From positions 431-64,430 of the forward strand of contig DASTWO010000033.1 in assembly GCA_035776675.1 (NCBI GenBank): a stretch of DNA of 64,000 nucleotides, written 5' to 3'. Below, piece after piece: positions 35,255-43,422 of the stretch (positions are counted from its first letter, which is position 1; every line of letters starts with the position of its first letter). Made by a program: the position numbers and the translations under genes. This DNA is from Bacillales bacterium (lineage in GTDB: Bacteria; Bacillota; Bacilli; Bacillales; DASSOY01). The notes under the pieces are model-generated. The model worked only from the letters and a program-made list of their open reading frames with translations. It made no database searches and was not told the origin of the DNA.

Positions 35255-36001
35255 ATGATTCAGTATATCGACGCCGTTTTTTTGCCTGTATTCAATTTGG
35301 AAGAATCATTGAAATGGTATAAGAAACACTTTGGGATCAAAGTGAATTGGCGGGATACAAACGGATGGAACGCCGCCGGGGTAGGATTTAATTCCGGTGC
35401 TATGGTGATGATGGAGCGTGAGACTATCAACCACAGTGATCATATTCGTTTTAACTTTTATACGCCAGATGTGATAACCTGCTATCAATCATTAGAAGAG
35501 AATGACGTTGAGCTTAATCAATTGGTTCAATATGAAGACATGGATTGTTTCGATTTCAAGGATCCGAGCGGGAACTGGATTGGGATTGTAGGCCGTTGGA
35601 CAGAAAAGGGAATAAGTCCGGGAGAGTTCGTTGGCCCCGATGCTATTTTCTTGCCTGTGAGTAACATCGAGCTGGCCATAGAATGGTATCAAGCACTTCT
35701 GGGGGGCGAATTTGATTTGGCAACAGATCTTCATTCGCAATATCCGTTCCGGTATGGTTTCCACAAGAACGGGGAAGACCGGGACCATCCGCGGTGGTTT
35801 AATTTAGTGGAAACCCCAAATCGTTACCCTCAATCACATATACCTTTTAACATTCAAATCCAGGATGCTTCGAAAGTCCACCGTGATTTACAGGGAAAGG
35901 GTATTTCAGTTACAGATATCACGGATACTGGAGCCTTCCGTTGGTTTAACTTTGTTGATCCGGATGGTAATGAAATCGGATTTGTTGAAGGCGGAAGATA
36001 G
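35255..36001 (+). CDS. Two-domain VOC family protein
   Basis: VFLPVFNLEESLKWYKKHFGI...FDFKDPSGNWIGIV and IFLPVSNIELAIEWYQALLGG...FNFVDPDGNEIGFV. Confidence 0.85.
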   Translation: MIQYIDAVFLPVFNLEESLKWYKKHFGIKVNWRDTNGWNAAGVGFNSGAMVMMERETINHSDHIRFNFYTPDVITCYQSLEENDVELNQLVQYEDMDCFDFKDPSGNWIGIVGRWTEKGISPGEFVGPDAIFLPVSNIELAIEWYQALLGGEFDLATDLHSQYPFRYGFHKNGEDRDHPRWFNLVETPNRYPQSHIPFNIQIQDASKVHRDLQGKGISVTDITDTGAFRWFNFVDPDGNEIGFVEGGR

Positions 36002-36037
36002 GTTTGAACTAGACCTTAATAAATTGGAGGGACCATT

Positions 36038-36433
36038 GTGTCGATAAAGAAACCGTATGAGATTTCCTATATTCAAATCCCCGTTAAGGATCCAAAGAAA
36101 TCAGCTGATTTTTATGAAGGAGTACTCGGGATGACCTATTCGTTTCCTTATAATCCGGCGGATCGGGCGGCTTTTATGGAATTCCAAGGGAACATCGCCC
36201 TGGGGCTCATTCAATCTGAGACCATTCCAGACCTGACCTTTCGTGATACTTTGGGCAATGTCAATGCCGTTATTCAGTTCACCGTTCGTGATATTCAAGA
36301 TTTCTACAATTCGTTAAAGGAACAAAATGTGCCGGTCGGTCCAATGATCTTCAAAGAAGACGGCGGATATAATTTTACAGTTCAAGATCCTGACGGACAT
36401 GTATCCCATGTATGGGGTGGTTGGCCGGAATAG
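36038..36433 (+). CDS. Single-domain VOC family protein
   Basis: GTG start after GGAGGGA. IQIPVKDPKKSADFYEGVLGM ... FTVQDPDGHVSHV. Confidence 0.85.
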   Translation: MSIKKPYEISYIQIPVKDPKKSADFYEGVLGMTYSFPYNPADRAAFMEFQGNIALGLIQSETIPDLTFRDTLGNVNAVIQFTVRDIQDFYNSLKEQNVPVGPMIFKEDGGYNFTVQDPDGHVSHVWGGWPE

Positions 36434-36463
36434 TAAAATCTTTTGAAAGGATGTTGAGGAACT

Positions 36464-36949
36464 GTGTGTGAGTTAATTAAAAGACCAGAAACGAAAGTTG
36501 CCGGGTTACGGGTACAATGCGATACTCTGGAAGAATTCTCGATCGAGATTCCGAAGGTATTTGACAAGCTGGACGAGTGTCTTGATGGAATTCCGAATAT
36601 TGTTGACTCCAGCGGCAGGATTGGAATCCATTTGGCAGAAGATGAAAACAACGCGAATGCAGAGGCGGCGGATTACGGTTATCTGGTTTGTGTTGAAGTG
36701 AGCAGCTTCGAAGATATCCCAACAGATTTTGAAACAGACACCATTCCAGCCGGCAAATTTGCGGTAAATAGCCATCAAGGTCCGGTCAATCCCAACATTC
36801 ATCATTCCTATGCCGCTCTTTATAATTGGATGTCGGAACATGGACACGAAGAGCTGCCGGTTGGGCACGTTCTTGAACATTATGATGAGCGCTATGATCG
36901 TAAGAACTTCAGCGGCGAAATGGAAATTCTCATTCCAGTAAAATCATAA
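36464..36949 (+). CDS. GyrI-like small-molecule-binding domain protein
   Basis: ETKVAGLRVQC...YGYLVCVEVSSFEDIP...KFAVNSHQG...HVLEHYDERYD...MEILIPVK. Confidence 0.8.
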   Translation: MCELIKRPETKVAGLRVQCDTLEEFSIEIPKVFDKLDECLDGIPNIVDSSGRIGIHLAEDENNANAEAADYGYLVCVEVSSFEDIPTDFETDTIPAGKFAVNSHQGPVNPNIHHSYAALYNWMSEHGHEELPVGHVLEHYDERYDRKNFSGEMEILIPVKS

Positions 36950-37015
36950 GGTTTTCCTTTGAAGATGAGAAAGTAAACCGAAGGGTACAACCTTTAAAAT
37001 AAGGGAGACAACATA

Positions 37016-37513
37016 ATGAAAATGAGACTTGAACCAGTGGAAAGGTTTAAGGTTGTCGGAATTCGAATCATCGATGAGATGGAAAACCTCAATGCTCGAA
37101 TCCAACAGGCAGCCAGAGAGCTGCAAGAGCGGATGCATGAAATTCGCGGAGTGAGAAATCCGGATGTCCTGTACGGAATATCACCGCCAAACTATAAAGG
37201 CAATCCGGGACCTCTCGATTTTTATGTCTGTGTGGAAGTGGATCCTTTCGAGAACTTGCCTTATGGAATGGTCAACATCACGATAGACCCGGAACTGTAT
37301 GCCGTTTGTACATATGAGAAAGATTCAATGAATAACAAAGGGAATGCGTATGATTTCACGACTACGTGGCTACAGGAAAAAGGATATGAGTACTTCGATG
37401 CTGCCTATTATTTTGAGGTTTACAATGTCAACGGCGAATGGACTAATTTAGAAGATTTGGATAATACCCATAATCGAATCAAAGTTTATTCACCGGTTAG
37501 AAAAGGCGGGTAA
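37016..37513 (+). CDS. GyrI-like small-molecule-binding domain protein
   Basis: FKVVGIRI...DFYVCVEVDPFENLP...YAVCTYE...YYFEVYN...IKVYSPVR. RBS AAGGGAGA. Confidence 0.8.
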   Translation: MKMRLEPVERFKVVGIRIIDEMENLNARIQQAARELQERMHEIRGVRNPDVLYGISPPNYKGNPGPLDFYVCVEVDPFENLPYGMVNITIDPELYAVCTYEKDSMNNKGNAYDFTTTWLQEKGYEYFDAAYYFEVYNVNGEWTNLEDLDNTHNRIKVYSPVRKGG

Positions 37514-37516
37514 TCC

Positions 37517-38296
37517 ATGAATTCTTTATTTGAAAAGATCGGAACAGTGTGTGTTCCGGTAAAAGATGTTCAAAAATCAGCGGATTGGTATACAGAGAAA
37601 CTGGGAATGCGGGTTTGTCGGAAAGATGAAGCTCAAGCGGAACTCGAGGTTTGCGGAGGAGAAACCGTCTTGATCCTTAAGGCAGCTGAACCATTTAACC
37701 CCGTTAATTACTTGCATCGTAAGGGAATGGTCACGCATTTTAATTTCAATACGTTGGATGCCGAACTCGCTCATTTGATGCTCAAAGACAAAGAAGTTGG
37801 GGTGACTGATGTCCTCGATGCAGATTTTCTCAAATGTTTCGCTTTTCGGGACCTGGACGGAAATGTTCTCAGTGTTTGTTATGAAAAAGAGCATTCTATG
37901 TTCTATCAGCCTATCACGGAAACTAGCATTTCTTTATTCGAACGGATTGAAGCGGTTTTTATCCTCGTTCGGGATTTGCGAAATACCCTAGACTGGTATC
38001 TTCATCTGCCCGGGCTGGAATTGTTAAATGACTGGAAGCAAGGAGCGGACTTGAAAGTGGGGAACGGAGAAACGATTGTGACTCTCATTCAAGTAGATGA
38101 TTTCACCCCGCGGCAAAACAGTTATTTTGAATTTACCACCGCCAATATGAAGAAGACGCATTCTTATTTAAAAAAGATGGGGGCGAGCGTTTCTGAAATT
38201 GATTCGACTCCTCAAGAAACTTCCTGTCGGGTTCAGGACCCTGAAGGCAATATTTTCGGTGTGAGGCGTAGAAAAGTAGCGGCCCCAACCCTATAA
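37517..38296 (+). CDS. Two-domain VOC family protein
   Basis: VCVPVKDVQKSADWYTEKLGM...FAFRDLDGNVLSV and VFILVRDLRNTLDWYLHLPGL...CRVQDPEGNIFGV. Confidence 0.85.
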   Translation: MNSLFEKIGTVCVPVKDVQKSADWYTEKLGMRVCRKDEAQAELEVCGGETVLILKAAEPFNPVNYLHRKGMVTHFNFNTLDAELAHLMLKDKEVGVTDVLDADFLKCFAFRDLDGNVLSVCYEKEHSMFYQPITETSISLFERIEAVFILVRDLRNTLDWYLHLPGLELLNDWKQGADLKVGNGETIVTLIQVDDFTPRQNSYFEFTTANMKKTHSYLKKMGASVSEIDSTPQETSCRVQDPEGNIFGVRRRKVAAPTL

Positions 38297-38346
38297 TGAG
38301 AGATCTTCAAAAAATCACTTAATATAGATTTGAAAGGAGAATGAAG

Positions 38347-38811
38347 ATGAAGGAAGAACAATTATTTGAGCAAATGAAAATGTGGCGTGGTTGGACAGTA
38401 GAGCTTCTTAAAACCGTTCCCCATGGGATTGTTGATGAAATCCCGAATGGATTTCGGAACAATATTCGGTGGAACGCAGGCCATATCCTGGCAGGGTGGG
38501 ACCATACGATGTTCCCTGCAGTGGGAATGGAAAGGCAACTGCCGTTATCCTATCACCTTATGTTTCCGAGAGGCAGTAAACCTGCCGATTGGACTGAAGA
38601 ACCGCCATCGATGGATGAATTGATTCAGCGACTTGAAGAGCAGCCGCAACAGATTGAAGAAGCGTGTAAAGGGCACTTGGAGGATCCGCTCGAAGAGCCG
38701 TTTCTGCATATGACCACCCTGGGAGAAATGTTTGTTTTTCACATGGCCCATGAGAACCTGCACGTCGGTACGATAAACAGTATGAAAAAAACCCTTGAAA
38801 CAGGTGAATAA
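38347..38811 (+). CDS. DinB-superfamily (DinB_2-like) protein
   Basis: WRGWTVELLKTVP...RWNAGHILAGWDH...FVFHMAHENLHVGTI shows the His-triad pattern of DinB-like helical bundles. Start taken at the second ATG, after AGGAGA. Confidence 0.75.
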   Translation: MKEEQLFEQMKMWRGWTVELLKTVPHGIVDEIPNGFRNNIRWNAGHILAGWDHTMFPAVGMERQLPLSYHLMFPRGSKPADWTEEPPSMDELIQRLEEQPQQIEEACKGHLEDPLEEPFLHMTTLGEMFVFHMAHENLHVGTINSMKKTLETGE

Positions 38812-38815
38812 TTTC

Positions 38816-39235
38816 ATGTCAAAACCGCAAATCTCGAAAATCGCCACCGTGGAAATTCCGGTTTCGGATTTGGACCGGTCCGTGAAATGGTACACTGAGA
38901 AATTGAATCTCCATCTTGATTTCAAAGGTGACCAAAACGCGATGTTACTCTTTAATAAGAAAGGCACACCCTCAATTTTTCTTGTAGAAACTCATGAAGA
39001 AAGCAGGCTTTCCTTTCTCAATTCAAACACCGGCGTTACACATAGTGTCATTGACTTCTATACAGAGGATTTGAAAGGGTTCTATGAATATCTGAAGGGA
39101 CAAGATGTAGAGGTAGGGTCTTATAATGCGGATCCGGATGATCCAAACGGATTTGGCGGATTTGGTTTTAAAGATCCTGACGGCAATTGGCTCAGTGCCT
39201 GTAATGTAGATCATGACAAGTCGATTCCTGAGTAA
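38816..39235 (+). CDS. Single-domain VOC family protein
   Basis: VEIPVSDLDRSVKWYTEKLNL ... FGFKDPDGNWLSA. Start at the internal ATG, 4 nt after the preceding stop. Confidence 0.85.
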   Translation: MSKPQISKIATVEIPVSDLDRSVKWYTEKLNLHLDFKGDQNAMLLFNKKGTPSIFLVETHEESRLSFLNSNTGVTHSVIDFYTEDLKGFYEYLKGQDVEVGSYNADPDDPNGFGGFGFKDPDGNWLSACNVDHDKSIPE

Positions 39236-39257
39236 TCGGCTGCATATAAATCATCAT

Positions 39258-39281
39258 TATCCCGACTTCAACGTCGGGATA
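39258..39281. terminator. Bidirectional hairpin terminator between the VOC operon and the ldt operon
   Basis: Perfect 9-bp stem TATCCCGAC/GTCGGGATA with a 6-nt loop, between convergent genes. The flanking T-tracts are weak. Confidence 0.55.
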
Positions 39282-39305
39282 GATTTCAATAGTAATTCGA
39301 GCCTC

Positions 39306-39956
39306 TTATTCCAACAACCCCAATTTCCGATACATTTTCTTTTTGATGCCTCCGGTAACGGGAAGATGATGTTCCCGCTGAAATTTCTTCACGGCTGCTG
39401 CGGTACTTTCTCCGTAAATGCCGTCAATTTCGCCATCATACAAGCCTGCGGCACGCAATCGGTTTTGGACAAGCATAACGATTGTCCCTTTCGAACCTTT
39501 GGCCAGATTTCGATACAGATAATCCCCTTGCCCGAATATGGGGCCGTCAATCCAGACCGGTGTTCCGACAGGCACTTTCGGATAAAGCTCTTCTACATCT
39601 TTATTTTTCATTCGAACACATCCGCTGCTGACGCTTCTTCCGACAAGGTGCGGTTTGTTTGTGCCATGAATGCCGTATTTTCCCCAGGGAACATTAAGGC
39701 CGAGCCAACGTGAGCCAAAGCCGCCTCCCCAATCCGGTGACTTTCGGATCACTTTGAAATGGCCGACAGGGGTAGGGGTTTGATCAGACCCCGGGGCGAT
39801 GGGATAACGCGCTGCGACATCATCGTTTTTGATCAAGTACAACTGATTTTTCCACAGATTGATGTATATTTTCGTATTTGGTTTTTCCGCTGCATGTACA
39901 GGTTGGCTAATGCTTATAAGGAGCGTCAGGATGGCCAACAAACGAATCCATTTCAT
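39306..39956 (-). CDS. L,D-transpeptidase (YkuD domain) with a C-terminal peptidoglycan-binding domain
   Basis: Signal peptide MKWIRLLAILTLLISISQPVHA. YkuD motif GIHGTNKPHLVGRSVSSGCVRM. PG_binding_1-like LVQNRLRAAGLYDGEIDGIYGESTAAAVKKFQ. Confidence 0.9.
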   Translation of the reverse strand: MKWIRLLAILTLLISISQPVHAAEKPNTKIYINLWKNQLYLIKNDDVAARYPIAPGSDQTPTPVGHFKVIRKSPDWGGGFGSRWLGLNVPWGKYGIHGTNKPHLVGRSVSSGCVRMKNKDVEELYPKVPVGTPVWIDGPIFGQGDYLYRNLAKGSKGTIVMLVQNRLRAAGLYDGEIDGIYGESTAAAVKKFQREHHLPVTGGIKKKMYRKLGLLE

Positions 39957-39974
39957 CTTTTCTCACCACGGCTC

Positions 39975-41081
39975 TTATTTTAAACTTTTCAGGAGAGAGC
40001 TGACATCTATGCTCCATCGTTCTCCCGGGGCGTTTCTGGTAACGGTAAAGGTCAGGGTTTGCTTCGTCTCACCCCGTCCTTGCCAAAAGATACTGACCTC
40101 GACGGGAATCTTCACCCCAACAAGAGTGAAAGCATCATTTTCCTTCAGGGAAGAGGTGTTGTTAATGGCTTCGGCCCTTTTCAGAAGTTCAAAAAGCCGC
40201 TTTGTTTCTTTCGGATTACCTTGATCGAGCATCATCTCGAGTAATGGTTTGTTATGTTGGTTTAGCGCTACGAGAAAAGCGTCGACTAATTCGTATGGTG
40301 TGGCTTCTTCAAGATAGTTGTAAAGTTTTCCGGACGACTGGTAAATCATGATCTCGTGAGCCGGATCCATCTTCTCCGAACGGTGGGTTTTGCTTTGCCA
40401 AAAGTGTATGCAAAAATGGCCGGGAAATCCGTTTTGAAGTGCGCCGGCGCCATGCGGCATTCCGTGCATTGAAGCGGCAATCGTGCGTCCGTCTGTTTTT
40501 ACAAGAATGGCTCGTCTCCGCCAACTCCAATGGCCGTTATAGATGTCCTTCATGATTTTCGTATCTTGTTCAGTCAATGGTTGTACATCTGCATGGGCAT
40601 CACCGGCTCGCCGCTGAACTTTAAAGCTTTTGCCTGTCATCAGATCGACGACGGTAAATTTTGCGTTCCGCGGGATCAGTCGCTCCGCTTTACTCCATGG
40701 AATCAATGTACCGTAATGTTTATGGCGCAACTGGTTTGCATAGTTTAGCAGCCGTTTTTGGATTTTCTCCGGCAACAGCAACTGCTTTCCCGTCTGTAAT
40801 TCAACGAAGTTTCCTTTCCGTCCGATGATCCATTTCTTCTTCCCGAAAGCTAAATACATATCGGAGAAAGGGAGGGGCTGTGAAGTCTCGGAATGTCGGC
40901 TTGACCGAATGGCGTGTGCCCATTTATCCGAATACATCGCCAGAGTCGACTTCAACTCGGCTTCTTGAGAAGACTTAACAATAATAGTGACTTTCTCAGC
41001 TTTCGATTGTGCCACTGCAGGGACACAAGGCAAAATAAGGCAGAACAGCATTAGGAAAATGAAGAACTTCCGCATCATCAT
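39975..41081 (-). CDS. Secreted hypothetical protein, co-oriented 18 nt upstream of the L,D-transpeptidase
   Basis: Signal peptide MMMRKFFIFLMLFCLILPCVPAVA. 368 aa. Contains SMHGMPHGAGALQNGFPGHFCIHF. Confidence 0.7.
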   Translation of the reverse strand: MMMRKFFIFLMLFCLILPCVPAVAQSKAEKVTIIVKSSQEAELKSTLAMYSDKWAHAIRSSRHSETSQPLPFSDMYLAFGKKKWIIGRKGNFVELQTGKQLLLPEKIQKRLLNYANQLRHKHYGTLIPWSKAERLIPRNAKFTVVDLMTGKSFKVQRRAGDAHADVQPLTEQDTKIMKDIYNGHWSWRRRAILVKTDGRTIAASMHGMPHGAGALQNGFPGHFCIHFWQSKTHRSEKMDPAHEIMIYQSSGKLYNYLEEATPYELVDAFLVALNQHNKPLLEMMLDQGNPKETKRLFELLKRAEAINNTSSLKENDAFTLVGVKIPVEVSIFWQGRGETKQTLTFTVTRNAPGERWSIDVSSLLKSLK

Positions 41082-41197
41082 AAGCTCCGATCCTGGTTTT
41101 CCTTTATTCTGGCTATTGGTGCCGAAAATTATGTGGGTTCAACAAAATTGACGAGGTCCAACACCGATTTTTTCAAATGTTTTATTGAATGGTCATA

Positions 41198-42325
41198 TTA
41201 GTTAATAATGCCGTGTTGGAGAATTTCAACATTGACCTCGGCATTCATTTGAATGTTCGGGTATTCCTTCGACCAATCGATCTTATCCCAAAGGTCGTGA
41301 TGAAAGGCGATAATCTGTCGACCAATTCCTAACGGGTCGGCATTAGCCTTTTGCAATTTCTCGGCCACATCATTGGCAAGTTTGGTCAGGACCTTTGAAA
41401 GTTTCTGATCTAACACTCGAATTTCCTTTTCTGTATTTAATTTGTCTTTCGGATATTCAATGGTTCTTACTTTGAGATTTAAATGGAGGGCAGCTGAGAT
41501 TTCCCCTTGTGCATTTACGTTAACCTGTATATCCGGATTGATATGCTTGGCCTCAATCGTAATGTAATTATAGATGTCAGGTTTTCGGTTCTTGAATACC
41601 TTTGCCGTTATTCTCGCGAGATCGCCTTTCTGTCCGGATAACAATAGAAATAGGGTTGATTCCTTTGGGGTCAGATGGTAGCCCGTATATTTGTCACCAT
41701 TGAAAAGGGCGAGACCGGCAACTTTGATTAAACCTTGTTGTTCTTTGACCTCAAGGAGCGGCAGAACGATATCAGATCCAGGATCAAGCATCTTTCCGCA
41801 TATCCCCTGGATATTTTCATTTTCGCCGACCAATGTGGTTTTTCGGGCGCTGTCCAAAAGGTCAGAAAGATAGGTGCTCACCTTTGTTTCACCACTGAGT
41901 GTTAGGTTAAGAGCGTTTTTCGACTTTCCATTTACCACTGCTAATTTAGCATTAAGAGCACTTGTCGGGTCACGGTAGAAGACATCCAGAAGCGGATAAA
42001 CCTTTTGTTTGGCAAGCTTTTTTCCAAGTAAGAGCACTCTCATTTTGGAGGCGTCGAAGTTTTTGGATATTTTATGGTTAATCTTCTCTCGCGACTCCCT
42101 TGGAGTATTGGCAACAGCCGATATGATTTGAACCGTTTCCCTTCCCGGTCCCTGACTAGTCTTCGAGATGTTGGGAATCGATACAGTTGTAAGCAATTTG
42201 CCGTTGTCAGTGAGGTCAAAACTAGCCCCCAAAACGAGCTTCGCGTCTTTAAACAGGCGTTGGTCCCAGCAGCCACTGAGAAGAACCAGAAGGCAAAGTG
42301 TAAGGGGCAAGATGATCACCTTCAT
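41198..42325 (-). CDS. Spore germination receptor subunit C (Ger(x)C lipoprotein)
   Basis: Lipobox LLSGCWD. Typical GerAC-family N-terminus (CWDQRLFKDAKLVLGASFD). Third gene of an A-B-C operon. Confidence 0.88.
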   Translation of the reverse strand: MKVIILPLTLCLLVLLSGCWDQRLFKDAKLVLGASFDLTDNGKLLTTVSIPNISKTSQGPGRETVQIISAVANTPRESREKINHKISKNFDASKMRVLLLGKKLAKQKVYPLLDVFYRDPTSALNAKLAVVNGKSKNALNLTLSGETKVSTYLSDLLDSARKTTLVGENENIQGICGKMLDPGSDIVLPLLEVKEQQGLIKVAGLALFNGDKYTGYHLTPKESTLFLLLSGQKGDLARITAKVFKNRKPDIYNYITIEAKHINPDIQVNVNAQGEISAALHLNLKVRTIEYPKDKLNTEKEIRVLDQKLSKVLTKLANDVAEKLQKANADPLGIGRQIIAFHHDLWDKIDWSKEYPNIQMNAEVNVEILQHGIIN

Positions 42326-42327
42326 TA

Positions 42328-43422
42328 TTAAATCCTCCTTTCTCTCATTCGGAACAGATAGGCTCCTAATAAAAGAAGTGCTGGCAAGACAATGATAAAT
42401 ACTAAACCGATGGAGCCAATAAATTGACTGAAGGAGCGGATGGCAAGCTCATTTTCACCAGGTATAATAGAAATGATGAAAATGATGGCGGCGGTAAAGG
42501 GTACGAGCCGGGCGTGATTCCTTTGTCCAAGGCAATGGGCAAGTCCGTTGGAAGCCAAATACAAATATGTCATGAAGGAAGTAGTCACAGCCACCACCCA
42601 TATAGACAAAAAGATGAGGTCAATACGTTCAATAATCTTGAAACTAAATGCTTTAAACATGTACAGAAGCGGTTCCGGTACGAGAGCTATTTCAGCAGGG
42701 CTGAAATACATGAAGCAGGTCAAAATAATGAAAGTATAAAATAACGTGACAAACAAATTGGCATAGGTAGCCGCTTTTAATTTCTGAGTAGCACTCCCTT
42801 GTACGTAAGGGTAGATGACCAGCAAAATTTCAAAACCAGCCATTGAAGAAAACGCGGCTTTCACACCTTGCGAAATCCCCGACACCCCCGATTGCCCAAT
42901 GGGCAACAGATAAAGATAGTTGCTGTCCTTCAGTGTGAAAACCATAAAGAAGAGCAAGAAGACAAACAAGACGGATACAAATGTATAAAATCTCGCAAGG
43001 ACCCGCAGATTCTCCTTTGCTATGTAGACGCCCGCGGCTACCATCAAAAGAATGATGATCCATTGAGGCGTTTTTGGCAGAACCCACACGTTAAGTGTTC
43101 TACTGAAAAGAATCAGAATTAAACTTCCTGTAAGCACAAAGTAGCCAAAATAGCCGAGAGAAATAAGCGTTCCGGCCCATTTCCCCGTGATTCTTTTGGC
43201 AATCGTAAACAAGGTGGAATGATAAAAGCGGCGATTAAGGACCCAGATCATAAGAATCAGGATCTGGGTAATTCCTCCTGCCAAAAGCATGGAAATCCAA
43301 CCGTCGCCTTTCGCAGCAAGAAAGACGGTGTAGGGCAGTGAAAGGATACTGACGCCGATTTGGGTTTGGATAATCAGAAAGAATAATTGATTTGTCGTTA
43401 CATGGTTTTCACCTTTTATCAT
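42328..43422 (-). CDS. Spore germination receptor subunit B (GerAB/APC-like permease)
   Basis: 364 aa with 10 TM helices. N-terminus TTNQLFFLIIQTQIGVSILSLP is typical of GerxB. Confidence 0.88.
   Translation of the reverse strand: MIKGENHVTTNQLFFLIIQTQIGVSILSLPYTVFLAAKGDGWISMLLAGGITQILILMIWVLNRRFYHSTLFTIAKRITGKWAGTLISLGYFGYFVLTGSLILILFSRTLNVWVLPKTPQWIIILLMVAAGVYIAKENLRVLARFYTFVSVLFVFLLFFMVFTLKDSNYLYLLPIGQSGVSGISQGVKAAFSSMAGFEILLVIYPYVQGSATQKLKAATYANLFVTLFYTFIILTCFMYFSPAEIALVPEPLLYMFKAFSFKIIERIDLIFLSIWVVAVTTSFMTYLYLASNGLAHCLGQRNHARLVPFTAAIIFIISIIPGENELAIRSFSQFIGSIGLVFIIVLPALLLLGAYLFRMRERRI

Noticed and set aside
39213-39713. 166-aa plus-strand ORF overlapping the L,D-transpeptidase gene. Similar cases are 25093..25614 opposite the BNR gene, 14558..15016 opposite liaR and 17609..18028 opposite the DASS permease.
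   Set aside because: All are antisense shadows of ORFs with strong family signatures. None has a credible start context.
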